Of a DNA stretch of 64,000 bases, positions 63,088-64,000 are shown in pieces. The notes beneath the pieces were generated by a model. The model saw only the letters and a program-made list of their open reading frames with translations. It had not been told where the DNA came from and did no database searches. Both the position numbers and the translations under genes were made by a program. The stretch is from Octopus vulgaris (taxonomy: Eukaryota), in assembly GCA_951406725.2 (NCBI GenBank), contig OX597818.1, forward strand, positions 85,932,001 through 85,996,000. Reading direction: 5' to 3'. Position 1 is the stretch's first letter. Every line of letters begins with the position of its first letter.

Positions 63088-63387
63088 CAGGGGTCCCCGA
63101 ACCAAGGTAAATTACCCCAAGAGGGGTAAAAAGGAAATTCTTGTGGGTAACGAGGATTCCTCAGACATAAGTAAAATTATATAAAGAAACATGTTCCTTG
63201 TTACGACAGAAATTCTTCTGGCAACACTGCATTTGTCCAATGTAATGGACGTGTAAATAGATAAATTCAATAAAACTTTTGAATTCAAAGAATCTTTTGT
63301 TTTCTTCCTTTCAAATCAAGGGGGTAAATATCGGCGTCAATAAATATAATTTGGCGGTAATTGTTTAAAAGCGTTTCCCGACGCCTG
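63088..63387. mobile_element. hAT (Charlie-like) MITE, 300 bp
   Basis: Perfect 8-bp TSD GTCTAGTG at 63080-87 and 63388-95. Imperfect TIRs CAGGGGTC and GACGCCTG. Confidence 0.85.
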
Positions 63388-64000
63388 GTCTAGTGTATTA
63401 TAAGTATCGTCTTTTTGAACGACAAAGAAAAGAACGTTAACGTATGTGACCGAAAATCAAAGTAGCAAAATTCTTAACAATTAGTCGTCGCAGTTCTTGT
63501 ACAAGCTACTTTCATTCTCAGTTCACTTTTAGCAGAAGTAATTTTACTTCGATGATATCACTGCTGTTCACATGACGATCATAAACTTCATAACGTTTGT
63601 ATTTCTTTTTGCAATAAATGGAAAAGCTTGTAACGCGTTTGTGCTTGTTTATGAGAAGTTAGATCCGTATATCAATGCTGTGAGTTAATTCTCTTCGTCT
63701 TGAAAAAGGGTAAAATATCTACTAACCTTATAACCGTTTCATAGAATTAGCCATGACGCCCCTTTACAATATGAAATCTTGGGTTGAATAAAGAAATCAA
63801 TAGGGCAGTGGATTGGGGGAAACGATGGAGTATCGAACAAAAATGCCATGTGGTGTTTAGGGATTACAGCAGAAGATGTGATGTCAAAGATTTAGCAGCT
63901 AATTTACGCAAGTCGCGCAACTACAACAGAGGGCTATCATGCTAACTGATGACGATGACGATGAAACATTGTTTACTAGGGTGGAACGGAAAAGAGACTT

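Overview
This is AT-rich, repeat-saturated eukaryotic DNA. The SINE families and microsatellite load look like an octopus (coleoid cephalopod) intron or intergenic region; the taxon is inferred from recalled repeat families and was not verified. There is no confidently identifiable host gene, rRNA, true tRNA or CRISPR array, and nearly all ORFs in the track are microsatellite artefacts or transposon relics. The window holds dozens of tRNA-derived SINE copies (at least 4 families), mariner-type and maT/DD37D transposon relics, MITEs (long-TIR, hAT, pogo-like, piggyBac-like), R4/Dong-type LINE fragments nested in (TAA)n arrays, RTE, L1/Tx1 and CR1-like fragments, and a Penelope-like GIY-YIG fragment. 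The most interesting unannotated signal is a set of short non-coding islands embedded in (TA)n tracts. They carry minimal type-I hammerhead-ribozyme-like motifs (best copies 46098-46137 + and 39945-40000 -), often as inverted pairs, and one lies next to the Penelope endonuclease relic. Secondary signals are two microhomology-flanked templated insertions, a recurrent SINE dimer junction, and a few weak minus-strand exon candidates, one resembling the GSVVV half of a SEA domain. Repeat boundaries were read by eye and are approximate unless a TSD or TIR is quoted.
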